Shown here in pieces: positions 62,158 through 64,000 of a stretch of DNA of 64,000 nt. The DNA lies in the NCBI GenBank assembly GCA_030265395.1, contig JARFYF010000001.1, positions 34,426,527 through 34,490,526 of the forward strand. Direction: 5' to 3'. How positions within the stretch are numbered: the stretch's first letter is position 1; each line of letters begins with the position of its first letter. The notes below the pieces were generated by a model, which did no database searches, was not told the DNA's origin, and saw nothing but the letters and a program-made list of their open reading frames with translations. The stretch comes from Rhina ancylostomus (lineage: Eukaryota). A program made the position numbers and the translations under genes.

Positions 62158-64000
62158 GGGGACGCCCGGCTTCAACACTGTTACATTTGCGTGCAACGCG
62201 TGTCTTAACATGCTCTTCAATCTCGCCTGCTCCCCTTCGCGAAATATTCCTTGCATCTCTCCCCCCCCAATGAAGAGTTCAAAACCACTGATCTTTTTTA
62301 AAAGCCTCTTGATTGACCGATGTGTGTGGTGTTCACGTGTAAATGTATTTAGCACTGTTGCTAAAATGTTAACATACTTCAAGTTTTGGATTAATTGCAA
62401 TTTTTATGAACAGGTGTACTAAATTATCCCCATACCAACGACTGTGAAACATCCGCTCGTCATAATTCAATAGCCCAGAAATGAAGATTAAAGGACGCCA
62501 TTGTATTGACCGATGGCATGGATATTGGGGCATCAAGTACTGTAGGGATTTTTTTTATGTTCTGTTGTTAAACATCATACTGTTAATTGTCGTTGTCGAG
62601 CTCCGAAGTATCCCGAGTTATTCTCTGACGGTTCAGTAAGTCTGATAATATACTTAATATATCACATCAAATTTTAATCTCAGAGTTTTGAAGGAAAATT
62701 TTTCACCTTTGAAATCTGAAATACAGACACACATGTAGCACTTTCTATGTATACGTTCCACTAGCGATTTAGAAGAGATCTAAATGTCAGCTTAGAAATA
62801 TCAATATGTTTATAAAGAATATTTCGTTTTAAATTTATAACAATGACAAAGTAATCCTTTATACTATAACGGGACGTTTACAGAGGGAAATGAAACAAAG
62901 ACATTATAATTAAATAAAAAAACAAATTATGAACTGTGTAAAGTCCAACTGGACAAATGTTGGATTAACATTGTAATTGTGATGGTTCCTTAGGAGATGA
63001 CCATTAATACACCATGTATATTAATACAAAGGACCAAATTGTGTTCAAGTGGCGCAAATTCATGGGTTCACTACATCAGATCGAGCCTATATCTCACATG
63101 GGATGTGCTTATAGTGCAGTTTTGAGTAAAGTTTTATTTAGGTGGAACTGGTCAATGTATGCAAACAGTTTTGTACATTTAGGACAAGGATATTTCAAAA
63201 TGTAAATGAATGCTCCAAAGTCTGGAAATGTCAGATTAAAACAGAAATGTAGAAATGTGCGGAATGTCAAAGATCCCCAATAAAGGGAAAAGGTGACTGA
63301 TAGCATCCTGGCCATGCACTTCATATCAGCTGAAAGCTAGCGGATGAAGAGTTATTATAATACCTTTGAACATAGAAATGAAGCCAGAAGGGGGGAGAAT
63401 GTAGGAGAAAGGGATTTGTCCCTGCCGAAAAAAAGTCTGGCAAATAAATGGGGGAACAAGGATGAAAACACAGCGTATGTGATATTAAAGGACAAACAAG
63501 ACGACAGCTTCGCCAATCATGAAGTGGGGGGAAGTGGTGAATAATGTTCGTCAACCCCATAGGCTCGGACTTTGATTATCTTGGGTACCGAGTACTTTTC
63601 CAACCTAACTAAGAGCCTACCCTTCTTTCTCTGGATACTGACATATATAAGAAGCAAACAAATGAACGTGGGGCTCAGCTCTGAAATCACCAGAGTTAAT
63701 GTTAGGATCAAAGAGTTGCGGAATGTGCGGGGAAGGAAGTCGTCTTGTTCTTGAACTCTGTATTGAAGATTATTCGGACAATGTTGAAGTGGGATTGAAA
63801 GAGCATCAGAAACAATATTCAGTGGGTGCTCTGCATTCTTCCCAACCCTCTTAACGCATCTACACATGCTCAGTCCATTTTCAGTCAACACACAAAATGC
63901 ACCTGCTAGCTATTCCAGAATGTTAAAAAGATCTTTGAGCCATTTCAAGGGCCACCCTCATTAAGGGGCATTGGGTGCACTGTTGCTGCCTAATGGATAT

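Larger units (their letters stand above)
61670..62290 (-). promoter_or_regulatory. CpG-rich promoter/first-exon region of FIGN
   Basis: Visibly higher GC and CpG density than the rest of the non-coding window; palindrome ACGCATGCGT (62038-62047, NRF1-like), (GA)15 tract, CCAAT near 62267. Confidence 0.65.

Noticed and set aside
61779-62422. ORFs of 113-159 aa on both strands at the promoter
   Set aside because: Explained by GC richness and the (GA)n repeat; no domain similarity recognised.
1-64000. CRISPR array, prophage, operon, endogenous virus or intact autonomous transposon
   Set aside because: No regularly spaced repeats and no other long ORFs; every retroelement coding remnant contains stops or frameshifts.

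Overview
Vertebrate genomic DNA from a gapped scaffold; the repeat content (HE1/V-SINE, Deu-domain SINE, CR1, RTE, Rex1/Babar, Penelope-like remnants) points to a cartilaginous fish. The window holds an apparently complete fidgetin (FIGN) gene on the minus strand. It has a CpG-rich promoter and probable non-coding exon 1 (donor at 61849/61848), and exon 2 (60759-60918) encoding MISSASVY-G. A ~48.3 kb phase-1 intron follows, then one large coding exon (10156-12437), giving a 768-aa AAA ATPase-family protein, and a long 3'UTR with tandem poly(A) signal candidates. The middle of the intron (~18.6-46 kb) is packed with decayed retroelements, while both ends are repeat-poor. The other ORF-track entries are spurious, gap-spanning or retroelement fragments. 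I see no prokaryotic-type system and cannot claim a new biological system. The most notable items are a ~170 bp fold-back Penelope-derived insertion with a recognisable minimal hammerhead ribozyme in its loop, dense let-7 and miR-181 seed clusters arranged around alternative poly(A) signals, three uORFs in exon 2, a degenerate AAA active site, and repeated inversions in RTE copies. All family calls are from recognition of motifs by eye, with no database search; repeat boundaries are approximate.
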